The notes: generated by a model from the sequence alone, not told the origin. 31,321 nucleotides of DNA from Pyrinomonadaceae bacterium (GCA_018060305.1 JAGOWF010000001.1:1-31321), one strand, 5' to 3'; shown: positions 7,338-17,939, counted from the stretch's first letter. Made by a program: numbers and translations.

Positions 7338-8414
7338 ATGAGCCGCATCCTCACCGTGTTATTCCTGTTTGTCGCCGTCGCGGTCACCGCCGCCTGCGGC
7401 GTTTCGTATTGGGCATATTCCGCCGTCACCGCGCCGCATCAACACGACAAGGCGGGCGTCTATATCAAGATCGAAAAAGGTTCGACGCCGCCCGAGATCA
7501 TCGCAAAGCTGGCCGCCGAGCGCATCATCGGCAGCGAGACCGGCGCGAATCTTTATCTGCGGCTTTTCGGCGGCGGCAGCAAACTTCAGGCGGGCGAATA
7601 TCAGTTCGCCTCGCCTATCTCCGTCATACAGGTGCTCAAGCAACTCGAAAAGGGGCAGGACCTGACGATCAAAATGACGATCCCCGAAGGGTTTACTCGG
7701 TTCGATATCGCCAAGCGGATCGCGGAGAAGTTCCCGCAAACTCCGCCCGTCGATGACAAGGCGATCCTCGCAATGATGGACGACGTATCGCTCATCAAGG
7801 ACAGCTCGCCGACCGCGACAAACCTTGAGGGCTATATGTATCCGACGACATACAGCTTTGCCCGCGACGCAAAACCGCCGGAGATAATCAGGGTGATGGT
7901 CGAACAGTTTCGCAAATTCTGGAAGCCTGAGTGGACCGAGCAGGCCAGATCCGCCGGCCGCACCCCGCAGGAGATCGTTACCATCGCCTCACTCATAGAG
8001 ACCGAGACCGGCGTCGAAAGTGAACGTCCCATCGTAGCGGGCATCATTAACAATCGCCTCGCCCGCAACATTCCACTGGGCATCGACCAGACCAACGTCT
8101 ATATCGCCAAGATGCGGGGCAAATGGGACGGCACCATCCACAAGAGCGACCTTGAGGTCGATTCGCCCTACAACACGCGGACCAAAACGGGCATCCCGCC
8201 CGGCCCGATCTCGTCCGTCACCGAAAGCTCGATCCGCGCCGCTCTCAATCCGCAGCCGAACGATTACCTCTTCTACGTCCGAAATGTCGATGCAAACGAC
8301 GGCTCGCATTGGTTCTATTCATCGGCCGCAGAGTTCGAAAAAGGCAAGGCTAAGTATCAGCAATGGCTAGAACAGCAACGAAATGAAAAGCGTGCCGCAA
8401 ATACCGACCAATGA
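7338..8414 (+). CDS. mltG: Endolytic transglycosylase MltG (YceG-like)
   Basis: N-terminal TM; LQAGEY; TIPEG; LEGYMYPTTY; IASLIETE; SPYNT; GIPPGPI; YLFYV. Confidence 0.93.
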   Translation: MSRILTVLFLFVAVAVTAACGVSYWAYSAVTAPHQHDKAGVYIKIEKGSTPPEIIAKLAAERIIGSETGANLYLRLFGGGSKLQAGEYQFASPISVIQVLKQLEKGQDLTIKMTIPEGFTRFDIAKRIAEKFPQTPPVDDKAILAMMDDVSLIKDSSPTATNLEGYMYPTTYSFARDAKPPEIIRVMVEQFRKFWKPEWTEQARSAGRTPQEIVTIASLIETETGVESERPIVAGIINNRLARNIPLGIDQTNVYIAKMRGKWDGTIHKSDLEVDSPYNTRTKTGIPPGPISSVTESSIRAALNPQPNDYLFYVRNVDANDGSHWFYSSAAEFEKGKAKYQQWLEQQRNEKRAANTDQ

Positions 8415-9280
8415 TAAAACTCCTTGCACTTGACCTCGACGGAACGACTCTCAGCTCGGGCGGAGATATCGATGCGGCAAACCGTAATGCCATACGGGCC
8501 GCCGAATCAGCCGGCGTGCTCGTGACCATCGCAACCGGGCGGCGTTTTCGTGACGCACGCCCCGTGGGCCTCGATCTGGGCCTGAATGCACCGTTGATCA
8601 CCCATAATGGAGCTCTCCTCAAATACGCAGATTCGCTTGAAACCATCCACTATTCTCTCCTCTCGTCCGAGACCAGCCGCGAGATCGTCCGCGCCGGAAA
8701 ACAGCTTGGCGGCGACGCATTGGTAAGCACCGATCCGCATGGCCACGGGCGTTTGCTTTACGATCGCATCTCGGATGACAATGTCCCGCTGCAGAAATAT
8801 GTCGCGTGGGCGACGCGGCTTCACGGCGACGAGGTCGACGCGTCTGTCTGTCATGTTGACACGCTCGAAAGCGTGATCGAGGACCATGAAATTGTCCACA
8901 TCTCATTCTCCGGCAATTGCGCGGGGATGCTTGAGCTTGAAAACGACCTGCGACGGGAGCTCGGTTCGGCAGTAAACCTGCTCGCCACCATCTATCCCAG
9001 ACTCGACTTCACCTTGATCGATATCCTTCCGCCCAACGCCTCGAAAGGGCACGGTGCCGCGCGACTAGCCGAGATCGAGGGACTCGCCCCCGACGAGGTC
9101 ATGGCGATCGGCGATAATTTCAACGATCTCGAGATGCTCGAGTATGCGGGAACACCCGTCGTGATGGGAAACGCCGACCCAAAGTTGCTCGAACGCGGCG
9201 AATTTTATACAACATTAAGTAACGACGAGGGCGGCGTCGCGGCCGCCATAGAACGATTTATCTTGAGTCAGGAGAAATAA
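8411..9280 (+). CDS. Cof-type HAD-IIB hydrolase
   Basis: LLALDLDGT, IATGRR, ITHNGA, SKGHG, IGDNFNDLEML, VMGNA. Confidence 0.93.
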   Translation: MIKLLALDLDGTTLSSGGDIDAANRNAIRAAESAGVLVTIATGRRFRDARPVGLDLGLNAPLITHNGALLKYADSLETIHYSLLSSETSREIVRAGKQLGGDALVSTDPHGHGRLLYDRISDDNVPLQKYVAWATRLHGDEVDASVCHVDTLESVIEDHEIVHISFSGNCAGMLELENDLRRELGSAVNLLATIYPRLDFTLIDILPPNASKGHGAARLAEIEGLAPDEVMAIGDNFNDLEMLEYAGTPVVMGNADPKLLERGEFYTTLSNDEGGVAAAIERFILSQEK

Positions 9281-9283
9281 TTA

Positions 9284-9778
9284 GTGGGAAACAAGATCGC
9301 TGTTATCGACACAAACCACGGCACCATCAAAGTAGAACTGCTGGAGAAGGACGCACCGAAGACGACCGAGAACTTTCGGCTGTTGGCCGATAAGAACTAT
9401 TACGACGGCGTGATCTTTCACCGCGTCATCCCTAACTTTATGGTCCAGGGCGGCGACCCATTGGGCGAAGGGTACGGCGGCGAATCGGCGTGGGGCGGCA
9501 AGTTCGACGACGAGATCGACCGCGGCTCGATGCTTTATGCGGGAATGTATGAGAAAGGGACAGTCGCAATGGCAAACTCTGGGCCGAATACCAATGGCTC
9601 TCAGTTTTTTATAATGCACGTCGATTATCCTCTGCCGCCGAGCTACACAAAGTTTGGCCGCGTTGTTGAAGGCCAGGAGGTCGTAGATTCCATTGCGGCT
9701 GTTGCCACCGGCCCGAACGACAAGCCGCTCGAACCGGTCGTGATGAACAGCGTCCGGATCGAGGAAGGAATGTGGTAG
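9284..9778 (+). CDS. Cyclophilin-type peptidyl-prolyl isomerase (cytoplasmic)
   Basis: [52 protein letters not shown]; GTG start. Confidence 0.95.
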   Translation: MGNKIAVIDTNHGTIKVELLEKDAPKTTENFRLLADKNYYDGVIFHRVIPNFMVQGGDPLGEGYGGESAWGGKFDDEIDRGSMLYAGMYEKGTVAMANSGPNTNGSQFFIMHVDYPLPPSYTKFGRVVEGQEVVDSIAAVATGPNDKPLEPVVMNSVRIEEGMW

Positions 9779-9782
9779 CAGG

Positions 9783-10232
9783 ATGCGCGCTGTCGTCCAG
9801 CGAGTCTCGCGGGCCAAGGTAACGGTTGCCGGACGCGTGACAGGCGAGATCGAACGCGGACTGCTCGTTCTCTTGGGCGTTTCGACAGTCGATACTGGAT
9901 CTGACGCCGACTATCTCGTTGACAAGATCGCCAACCTCCGGATATTTGAGGATGACGGCGGTAAGATGAATCTATCGCTTGCCGATATCGACGGCCAGAT
10001 GCTTGTGGTATCGCAGTTCACGCTCTACGGCGATACTCGACGAGGACGACGGCCTTCATTCATCGCGGCGGCGGGAGGCGAAAAGGCGAAGACGCTTTAC
10101 GAATACTTCGTATCACGATCGCACGAAGCCATCCAGAAGGTAGCAACCGGCGAATTCGGTGCAATGATGGATGTTGAACTCATAAACGACGGCCCCGTCA
10201 CGATCATTCTCGACAGTGAGAAGACGATATAA
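9783..10232 (+). CDS. dtd: D-aminoacyl-tRNA deacylase
   Basis: [38 protein letters not shown]. Confidence 0.97.
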   Translation: MRAVVQRVSRAKVTVAGRVTGEIERGLLVLLGVSTVDTGSDADYLVDKIANLRIFEDDGGKMNLSLADIDGQMLVVSQFTLYGDTRRGRRPSFIAAAGGEKAKTLYEYFVSRSHEAIQKVATGEFGAMMDVELINDGPVTIILDSEKTI

Positions 10233-10237
10233 CAAAT

Positions 10238-10873
10238 ATGAATAGAAAAGTCCTTATCGCATTAGCAATGGCTGCATTCGCGGCCGCATCCTGCAGCACG
10301 CCAGCAAACAATGCACGGCCGACAACGGCGTCGAAGGCTTCACCTGAGGTCAAGAAAGCCGTTGCACCGGTGGCTGACTCCGAGGTGGCCCTGATCGAGA
10401 TGGAGAATCCTGCCTACGGCACTATGAAGATGGAGCTTTATTCAAACATCGCGCCCAAGGCGGTCGAGCGCTTCAAGGAGCTTGCCAAGGAGGGCTATTA
10501 CGAGGGCATCATCTTCCACCGGGTGAACGACACAGTCATCCAGGCCGGTAACGCTGACACGAAGCCCGGAAAGTCGCCAAACCCCGCCAAAGAAGGTGAT
10601 TCGGGCAAGCCTAATGTTCCCGCCGAGTTCTCTGACGTGCCATACGACACCGGGATCGTCGGCGCGGCGCGCCTGGGCAATGACGTGAATTCTGCCAACG
10701 CTCAGTACTTTATCATGCTCAAACGGGAGGCTGCGTTTGATAAGAACTACACGGTCTTTGGCAAGATCATCGACGGGATGAACAACGTCCGAACGATCGC
10801 CGGCGCTCCGCGTAATGGCGAACGTCCGACTGAGGCGATACGCATCAAGAAGATCACGATCGTTCCCCGCTAA
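10238..10873 (+). CDS. Cyclophilin-type peptidyl-prolyl isomerase, probable lipoprotein
   Basis: Lipobox-like AAASC after a hydrophobic leader; APKAVERF, YYEGIIFHRV, ANAQYFI, YTVFGKI. Confidence 0.88.
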   Translation: MNRKVLIALAMAAFAAASCSTPANNARPTTASKASPEVKKAVAPVADSEVALIEMENPAYGTMKMELYSNIAPKAVERFKELAKEGYYEGIIFHRVNDTVIQAGNADTKPGKSPNPAKEGDSGKPNVPAEFSDVPYDTGIVGAARLGNDVNSANAQYFIMLKREAAFDKNYTVFGKIIDGMNNVRTIAGAPRNGERPTEAIRIKKITIVPR

Positions 10874-10883
10874 CCAGCCGAGA

Positions 10884-10892
10884 TGCTATAAT
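10884..10892 (+). promoter_or_regulatory. Extended -10 promoter (TG-c-TATAAT) for tRNA-Arg
   Basis: TGCTATAAT ends 12 nt before the tRNA 5' base. Confidence 0.65.
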
Positions 10893-10903
10893 CCAATGCG
10901 TCG

Positions 10904-10979
10904 GCTCGCGTAGCTCAGTGGATAGAGCGCTTCCCTCCGGAGGAAGAAGTCGCAGGTTCGACTCCTGCCGCGAGTACCA
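10904..10979 (+). tRNA. tRNA-Arg(CCG)
   Basis: Acceptor stem GCTCGCG/CGCGAGT; D arm; anticodon arm CTTCC-CTCCGGA-GGAAG; GCAGG-TTCGACT-CCTGC; encoded CCA; 76 nt. Confidence 0.97.
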
Positions 10980-10986
10980 GATTAAG

Positions 10987-11015
10987 AAGGCGTTCCGCGG
11001 TGGAACGCCTTTGTT
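10987..11015. terminator. Intrinsic, probably bidirectional, terminator
   Basis: AAGGCGTTCC-GCGGT-GGAACGCCTT followed by TGTT, between the convergent tRNA and C25 gene. Confidence 0.75.
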
Positions 11016-11028
11016 GTCAAAGAGCTGT

Positions 11029-13662
11029 TTATCTCACCTTTAGCGCAGGATCGCCCAGCAGCACCCACGAATAGCCGACGTCGCTGCCCGCGATCGTTGA
11101 CTTCGCAGATTTGACGAGATCGCCGATCCGCTTGATGTTGCTGGCTCCGATCTCGTTATAAAACCGTGCACCCATCGTAAACTGAAAGTCGGGCGTCGTT
11201 TCCGTCGTCGAGGCCCATGTGATCGCTCCGCCGCCATTCTGGGCAAACAAGAGCCGCTCAGAAACCGAGTCCGCAAGCGGGCTCGATCTAAAGAATACGC
11301 CGTTATAGCACGTCAGCATCGTAAATATTGATTGCCGGTTGCCATTGGTAAGCAGCGCCGCATCGTTCGCATTGAAAAAATCTACGTTTCCCCAAACACC
11401 AGATGTCCCATGGCCGGCGAAGTTGGCGATATATTTGCCAGTGTTCAGGGCATTCATCAGGTTCGTATGGGCCTGCGGGTCCGGGGTGCCCTGATTCGGT
11501 GGCGGAAGGCCTCGTGAGATCAGGACCGTAGGAGTTCCCGGCGGCAGTTCGTTGTGCAAACCAAGGCACATCCCCTCGAAATCGAAACCGGCTGGAAGGT
11601 CGTAAGCGCACAACGCACCACGGTTCAAACTTTGATTCTCCAGAGTTTCAAAACCCATGGACTTGTTCAACACCGTTAATACATCAAAGGCGCTTCTGGC
11701 CGGCACCCTGCCGATCGGCATCTCTGCCAGGCCGTCGTGGTTGAAATCCGCAAGGGCCTCGTCGCTCCCGCTCTCCTCAAAGATCAGTTCAAGGAACTTG
11801 GTGGGCACGAGATCCCAGTTGCCAAAGCCATCATAATTCCTTGGATCATATGAACCATCACCGAGCAGGAGCACATACTGGGGTGAGCCGTCCCAACTCT
11901 TATAGGCGTACTCAAGAAAACCCTTCAGAGCCTCAGCGGAGAGCGACCCATAGCCAAATTCGTCAAAAATATCGGCAACATCGACAACCGCCACTGAGAA
12001 CCGTCCACCCGCGGTCGTCTCTCGAAAGGCCTTCCATTGCTGCGCAGCGTTCAGAAAGTCCGGGGCGGAATGGGAGATGATCAGATACTGGACCACATGG
12101 CCGGGTGTCGACCAATTGGACGGATTATTGAAAGTCACCGAAAATGGTGAGAGAAGCGACGAATTCTCAGCCGCGTACATCACCATCGCTCTGTGCGACG
12201 GCAGCTTAGCAGTGAAGGTGCCTCCGTCCTGAACAACATTGAGACCGACCACTTCCTGCGGAAGCCCGGGGTATGTGGTATCGAATACACGGACGTTTGC
12301 GGTCGAGAAGCCCGCAACATCAACCTTTCGATATCCGGGCGTATAGTATGACAGCCGATCAGCGGATGCATCGAAGCGTCGGTTAAAGGTGATCTCGACC
12401 TGATCAAAGTAGCTCGCACTCGAGGAGTTCTCCTCGGTCAGATCTACAAGGTTATTGCCCTCAACAAGAAAGCTCGTCGGTATCGTCAGGGTCGCCTGAT
12501 AGACCGTATTCCCGACGGCGGGCACAAACCCGGCTTCATTCCCGTTAACAACGACCTTAACATTGTGGGTCGATCCCTGAATCCCCTGAAGTTTCACGCG
12601 GATAAGAGCGGTTGCAGCAGCCGGATCGATACGGTTGAGAAAGACGCCGATCGGCGTCACCATTGGAGTATCCGTTACGGGACGGCCCCAGAAGTTCTCA
12701 GCGTCGCCGTTTTTGATCATTCCGTTATAGCCGCTGGTTCTCTCCCGCTTCTGGACGGTTGAGCGATAGCTCTGAGCAACCACTGCCCCGCCGACATTAC
12801 GGATGACCTTGGTCTCGATACGGCGTCCGGGATTCGAGTCGGCAAGCAGATAATACACCCGCGTATCGCTCTCACGCGTATCCCGGCCCGTGCCATAAAA
12901 TTCGATATATTGGTCGCCGGCACCGACGTTGATAGCCTGCTCGTTGCCTTCCATAAAGAGCCGCCAGTTTGCCGATGGTGCATTGACGTTAAATCCGGCC
13001 GCCTCAAGCTGCGCCCTTGTCACGCGATAGAAGCCCTCGAATTTGACCGCGATCTTGGCTCCCGGCTGCGAAACCACCCAGCGGTGCGTGTTAATGTCCG
13101 CTTCAGGTGTGGCACGCTCAATGATCTCGCTCAGATCCTTGCCTACGGCCAGATCATTACGCAGGACAATGCCGGTCTTGGCTGAGGTCGCACGCATACG
13201 CTCAAGATCCTCGCTGGAGCGTCCCGATTCGATCTCAAGATCCTTTACAGAACGAACACCAAATGGCGAACTGCTTGATACGCGACCGCCAACAAATGTG
13301 TTGTCGATCACGTAAACCGTGTCAAACCGGCCTGCCGGATCATACAATTCGTAGTCTTCGCCACTATGGCCGGGCAGGCTGCGCTTAAAGACCGAGCCTG
13401 TTATCAGTGTCTCGTTCACTAATTCGCGGCCGCTCGACGTGATCCGATACACATTGAACCCGAAATTCTGTGTTTCTACCGACGTGTGCCATCGGATCAA
13501 GACGCCCTGGCCATCGGTGACGGCATCGATGCGCTCGTAGGTGATCGTTGCATCGACCGCGGCGGGCTGGATCGCCGCGCGGCGGCCCTTTTGGGCATAT
13601 GACGGAAGCGATCCCGAGATCAACAGGGCAAGCAACAAAGTAATCGACGCTGTTCTTTTCAT
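11029..13662 (-). CDS. Secreted C25-family (gingipain/PorU-like) cysteine peptidase
   Basis: Signal peptide; N-terminal WxTxxE..NFGFNVYR Ig-like module; YVLLLGDG, PIGRVPA, catalytic FAGHG and LTCYNG, terminal LLGDPAL; no domain after the C25 core. Confidence 0.9.
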   Translation of the reverse strand: MKRTASITLLLALLISGSLPSYAQKGRRAAIQPAAVDATITYERIDAVTDGQGVLIRWHTSVETQNFGFNVYRITSSGRELVNETLITGSVFKRSLPGHSGEDYELYDPAGRFDTVYVIDNTFVGGRVSSSSPFGVRSVKDLEIESGRSSEDLERMRATSAKTGIVLRNDLAVGKDLSEIIERATPEADINTHRWVVSQPGAKIAVKFEGFYRVTRAQLEAAGFNVNAPSANWRLFMEGNEQAINVGAGDQYIEFYGTGRDTRESDTRVYYLLADSNPGRRIETKVIRNVGGAVVAQSYRSTVQKRERTSGYNGMIKNGDAENFWGRPVTDTPMVTPIGVFLNRIDPAAATALIRVKLQGIQGSTHNVKVVVNGNEAGFVPAVGNTVYQATLTIPTSFLVEGNNLVDLTEENSSSASYFDQVEITFNRRFDASADRLSYYTPGYRKVDVAGFSTANVRVFDTTYPGLPQEVVGLNVVQDGGTFTAKLPSHRAMVMYAAENSSLLSPFSVTFNNPSNWSTPGHVVQYLIISHSAPDFLNAAQQWKAFRETTAGGRFSVAVVDVADIFDEFGYGSLSAEALKGFLEYAYKSWDGSPQYVLLLGDGSYDPRNYDGFGNWDLVPTKFLELIFEESGSDEALADFNHDGLAEMPIGRVPARSAFDVLTVLNKSMGFETLENQSLNRGALCAYDLPAGFDFEGMCLGLHNELPPGTPTVLISRGLPPPNQGTPDPQAHTNLMNALNTGKYIANFAGHGTSGVWGNVDFFNANDAALLTNGNRQSIFTMLTCYNGVFFRSSPLADSVSERLLFAQNGGGAITWASTTETTPDFQFTMGARFYNEIGASNIKRIGDLVKSAKSTIAGSDVGYSWVLLGDPALKVR

Positions 13663-13891
13663 TTCTTTACTCCAATCCTGCCGGGAAGGGACGGCGCGGG
13701 ACGGTCTAGTCTGCTCCTTAGAGATTCTGTAAATCTATCACTTAGTGCCGGATAATTCAACATTTTTTCGGGATTCAGCGCTTTCTATCGGCTGGCCTGA
13801 AAGCGCCAAAGTCGTCCCAATATTCCCAAACCGACCCCAACCTCAATTGATGCAAGAGTTACGGCCGGATCATGCGAACATTACAAACTCG

Positions 13892-13951
13892 CTGTCCAGT
13901 GCCTGTCCACCGGCTTGTCCACTCGGTGTCCACACCTGGTGAGTGGACACC
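13892..13951. promoter_or_regulatory. Phased TGTCCA(C) motif array plus 9-bp inverted repeat; candidate operator or DnaA-box-like cluster
   Basis: TGTCCA at 13893, 13904, 13916 and 13927 (spacing 11/12/11), inverted TGGACA at 13944; GGTGTCCAC-N9-GTGGACACC. Confidence 0.45.
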
Positions 13952-14143
13952 TAACCTGCTGATTCCACGTGACTTAAAGTTACATTTTGCCCGAAGACCA
14001 GGCATTTTTGAAAAAAACTTCGAGCATCCGTTTTCAACCGAGTTCTGCATGTGCAACATCGTATCACAGTATCAACACATTGTCAAGGAATTTATCATGC
14101 GGCGGCGGACTCTGGTGGCGTCCTAAAGCTGTTGGTGCTGCCC

Positions 14144-14546
14144 GTCCCCGACGGGGACCACTGCAATAGCGGCGGGTGCAACCCGCCGGAAAAGCATCAA
14201 GATCGGTGCGTCCCTGTAAGGGACGACTGGCCCGTGTAAAGAGTTTGTCTGAAAAGTCGTTCTTTCGCGGCGGAGCCGCAAAACGATAGTAGCCAGACGT
14301 GAAACGCCTGGAAAGATCGCCTCCAAGGCATCTCGCCCTGAAGGGGCGAAAAGTCAATGTTTACGTGTCTGCCGCACCTTCAGTGCGGAAATCATCGTCC
14401 GCAACTTTCCAGACGTTTCACGTCTGGCTACCGTCTTTCGCGGCTCCACCGCGTGGAAGCAGATTTTTCAGACATCCTCATCTCGCTTCGGCGATTCCCT
14501 CGTCGGGTTTCACCCAACGCTATTACAGCCGTCCCCGTTCGGGGAC
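14144..14546. repeat. Nested REP-doublet cluster (BIME-like), ~400 bp
   Basis: Outer inverted pair GTCCCCGACGGGGAC..ATAGC-GGCGGGTGCAACCCGCC (14144-14187) / 14502-14546. Inner family-3 element (14262-14459) with GTAG-CCAGACGT-GAA-ACGCCTGG (14289-14311) and its inverted copy (14409-14431). Confidence 0.85.
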
Positions 14547-14578
14547 AAGATCGTAACACCACTGGATTAGGACACTAA

Positions 14579-17452
14579 CTATGCCGACTCTTGCCCAAGC
14601 AATTGCCTGAGAACGTATGGCAAGATCCCGCCGTTTCGGTAGTATTCGATCTCGATGGGCGTGTCGATGCGAAGAGTAACTGCCGTTTCCGCCGTTGAGC
14701 CGTCAGCCCGGGTTATTCTGAGCGTCACATCCTGCCGCGGACGCACGTCGCCGTCAAGCCCGACAAGATCGAATGTCTCGGTCCCGTCGATTCCCAGCGT
14801 CTGCGCGTTCTCGTTCTCCTTGAACTGAAGCGGCAGAACGCCCATTCCAACGAGGTTCGAGCGATGGATCCGCTCAAAAGACTCAACGACGACTGCCTTT
14901 ACGCCCATCAGGGCCGTTCCCTTGGCCGCCCAATCGCGCGAGCTGCCGGTGCCGTATTCCTTGCCCGCGAAGATCATGAGAGGCATATTTTCGCCCGCGT
15001 ACTGGATCGCCGCGTCGTAGATCGACATCTCCTCGCCGTCTGGCTGGTGCCTGGTAAAGCCGCCCTCGGTCGGTGCGGCCATGAGGTTCTTTATGCGAAC
15101 ATTGGCAAAGGTTCCACGCACCATCACGCGGTCGTTACCGCGCCGCGAGCCGTAGGAATTAAAATTAGCCGGCTCAACGCACAGTTCCTGCAAATATTTG
15201 CCGGCGGGAGAGTTAGGCTTGATCGCACCGGCGGGAGAAATGTGGTCGGTTGTTACAGAATCACCAAATACTGCGAGAGCCCTCGCCCCCGCGATATTGC
15301 TGAACGCTCCTGTGTCCATTGAGAAGCCTTCAAAGAAAGGCGGCTCCTGAATGTATGTCGAATTCGGATCCCATTCATAGATCTTGCCGGTGCTCGACTC
15401 GATCTCGTTCCAGAGCGGATTTTGCTCGGCAAACTGGGCATAAAGTGTCTTATAGGTTTCCGGATCGAACGCGGCCTGAAGCATCGCCTTGACCTCGTCC
15501 AGCGAAGCCCAGATGTCCTTTAGAAAGACGTCATTGCCATCAGAATCCTTCCCGATCGGGTCCAAATAGACATCCTTAACGACGGTCCCGGCGAGTGCAT
15601 AGGCCACAACCAACGGCGGCGACATCAGAAAATTCGCCTTAATGTTCTGATGAACGCGCGCTTCAAAATTGCGATTGCCCGACAGGACCGAGGCGGCAAC
15701 GATATCGTTCTCGACGACTTGGTCCTCGATCGATGGATCGAGCGGGCCGGAATTGCCGATGCACGTCGTGCAGCCATAGCCGACCAGATTGAAACCGATC
15801 TCGTCCAGATACTTTTGCAGGCCTGTTCGCTCGAGATATTCCGTTACGACCCGCGAGCCGGGAGCCAGCGAGGTTTTTACATACGCAGGCACCTTCATAC
15901 CGCGTTCGGCGGCCTTTTTGGCAACAATGCCGGCGGCGATCATGACTGACGGATTACTCGTATTTGTGCACGACGTGATAGCCGCGATCAGGACGTCGCC
16001 ATTTCCGATCGTAGTGCTGACTATCTCGTCATCGCTTTTGGACAGGTCGACGCGATCCGGTGTGGGCCGGTTATTCATCATCTCGACCTCGGTAGTGATA
16101 TTAGTGTTCTCTGGTGAAACGGTTGAATGCAGCGGGTCGGGCACGGTCATCGGCCTTTGCTCACCGCCGCCGGTGACGATCCCGTTCTCACCAAGTGTCA
16201 CAGGAAAACGCTTCTCCAGATCGTCCGACGTTTTACCGTAGCCGCCATCCGCGACAGAATTTGTGAAAAGCTCGACAAAACGATCATCAAGCTGAGAAAG
16301 TTCGATCCTATCCTGCGGGCGCTTTGGCCCCGCTACGGCAGGGAGCACCGTTGAGAGGTCAAGGTCAAGAGTTGTCGAGTAATCGATCTCATCTGCCCGC
16401 GGTATCCCAAACATGTGCTGTGCGGTGTAGTAGTTGCGGATCGTATCGATCTGCTCATCCGACCGGCCGGTATTCCTGTAGTAATCAAGCGTTTTCTCAT
16501 CCGTCGGGAAAAAGCCCAGTGTGGCTCCGTATTCGGGGGCCATATTGGCTATCGTCGCCCGGTCGGTAGCATTGAGTGCCGCGGCACCTTCGCCAAAAAA
16601 CTCGACGAATTTGCCGACGACATTAGCCTTGCGAAGCATCTCGGTGATCCTGAGCACGAGATCAGTCGCGGTTGAGCCTTGCGGCAGTTCGCTGGTCAGG
16701 TTAACGCCAACGACATCAGGTGTAAGAAAATAGACAGGCTGGCCGAGCATTCCGGCCTCAGCCTCAATACCGCCAACGCCCCAGCCGACAATGCCGATGC
16801 CGTTGATCATCGTTGTATGCGAATCGGTCCCGACGAGCGTGTCCGGGAAATATACGCCATCGCGCTCGAAGACGCCGCGAGCGAGATACTCGAGATTAAC
16901 TTGATGAACGATACCGATGCCCGGCGGAACAACGCTGAAACCGCTGAACGCCTGCGTTCCCCACTTCAGAAAGCGATAACGCTGATCGTTTCGCTTAAAC
17001 TCCATCTCCATATTTCGCTGATATGCGGCTTCGCTGCCGGCGAAATCAACCTGGACGCTGTGATCGATCACAAGATCGACCGGCACAAGCGGCTCGATCA
17101 ACGACGGGTCTTTACCCAGCCGCTTGACCGCCGAACGCATCGCAGCAAGATCGACGAGCAACGGCACGCCTGTGAAATCCTGCAAAATTACGCGTGCGAC
17201 AACGAAGGGGATCTCTTCGGTGCGTTCGGCATCGGCTTGCCAGCCTGCGAGTGCTCGGATACTCGCCTCGCTCACTTTCTTTCCACCGTCGAAATTGCGC
17301 AAAACGGATTCGAGAACGATGCGTATCGAAACTGGAAGCCGCGATATATCACCCAGACCCTCGGCCTCAAGTTGAGGTAGTGAATAGAACGCACCCGTGC
17401 GTCGGCCTCCGCATTCGAAGGTCTGTCTCGTGTTGAATAGTTCGTGTGTCAT
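14579..17452 (-). CDS. acnA: Aconitate hydratase A
   Basis: [85 protein letters not shown]. Confidence 0.98.
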   Translation of the reverse strand: MTHELFNTRQTFECGGRRTGAFYSLPQLEAEGLGDISRLPVSIRIVLESVLRNFDGGKKVSEASIRALAGWQADAERTEEIPFVVARVILQDFTGVPLLVDLAAMRSAVKRLGKDPSLIEPLVPVDLVIDHSVQVDFAGSEAAYQRNMEMEFKRNDQRYRFLKWGTQAFSGFSVVPPGIGIVHQVNLEYLARGVFERDGVYFPDTLVGTDSHTTMINGIGIVGWGVGGIEAEAGMLGQPVYFLTPDVVGVNLTSELPQGSTATDLVLRITEMLRKANVVGKFVEFFGEGAAALNATDRATIANMAPEYGATLGFFPTDEKTLDYYRNTGRSDEQIDTIRNYYTAQHMFGIPRADEIDYSTTLDLDLSTVLPAVAGPKRPQDRIELSQLDDRFVELFTNSVADGGYGKTSDDLEKRFPVTLGENGIVTGGGEQRPMTVPDPLHSTVSPENTNITTEVEMMNNRPTPDRVDLSKSDDEIVSTTIGNGDVLIAAITSCTNTSNPSVMIAAGIVAKKAAERGMKVPAYVKTSLAPGSRVVTEYLERTGLQKYLDEIGFNLVGYGCTTCIGNSGPLDPSIEDQVVENDIVAASVLSGNRNFEARVHQNIKANFLMSPPLVVAYALAGTVVKDVYLDPIGKDSDGNDVFLKDIWASLDEVKAMLQAAFDPETYKTLYAQFAEQNPLWNEIESSTGKIYEWDPNSTYIQEPPFFEGFSMDTGAFSNIAGARALAVFGDSVTTDHISPAGAIKPNSPAGKYLQELCVEPANFNSYGSRRGNDRVMVRGTFANVRIKNLMAAPTEGGFTRHQPDGEEMSIYDAAIQYAGENMPLMIFAGKEYGTGSSRDWAAKGTALMGVKAVVVESFERIHRSNLVGMGVLPLQFKENENAQTLGIDGTETFDLVGLDGDVRPRQDVTLRITRADGSTAETAVTLRIDTPIEIEYYRNGGILPYVLRQLLGQESA

Positions 17453-17522
17453 AGCTATCGGCCAAACTTGCCTAAACTATTAGTTTATGAACGGTGTTGA
17501 ATGAGGTCAAGGTATCGGCCGT

Positions 17523-17939
17523 TTACGTCGGCACGGTCGCGAACGATTGCACTTGGAAGGGCGGTGGCGGAATAATAGGCTGCATTAGCAATCGACTTAG
17601 CGTCGGCACGAGAATGTCGAGATCCTCAGGTTTGGCGAGGTAAGCATTGGCACCGGCAAGCTCGGCCCGCTCGCGATCTATCGGACGATTCATCGCCGTT
17701 AAAAATACGATCGGCGTCGAACAGCCCGCTTGCCGAAGCAGCCCGCAAAGCTGAACACCCGTCATATCGGGCAGTGCGTATTCAAGAATGCACAGGTCGA
17801 ATCGATCGTCGAGAACCAACGAGAACGCCTCGCGACCCGTCCGCACCGAGATAAACTCGACACCGACGCCAGCGGGGCTCAACAACGCTCGAATCCAGCT
17901 TGCGGTCTGAACGTCATCATCGATGCACACGATTCGCAT
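17523..17939 (-). CDS. Single-domain response regulator receiver, atypical (phosphoacceptor Asp replaced by Glu)
   Basis: MRIVCIDDD, FDLCILEYALPDMTG, FLTA, YLAKP. Start may be 17939 (chosen) or 17990. Confidence 0.85.
   Translation of the reverse strand: MRIVCIDDDVQTASWIRALLSPAGVGVEFISVRTGREAFSLVLDDRFDLCILEYALPDMTGVQLCGLLRQAGCSTPIVFLTAMNRPIDRERAELAGANAYLAKPEDLDILVPTLSRLLMQPIIPPPPFQVQSFATVPT

Noticed and set aside
10904-11030. Prophage or island integration at tRNA-Arg or tRNA-Glu
   Set aside because: No integrase and no duplicated tRNA 3' end found in the window.
16040-16240. ~50-aa insertion in AcnA (…GGGEQRP…[12 protein letters not shown]…)
   Set aside because: In frame, and similar inserts occur in a known AcnA subgroup; no intein motifs.
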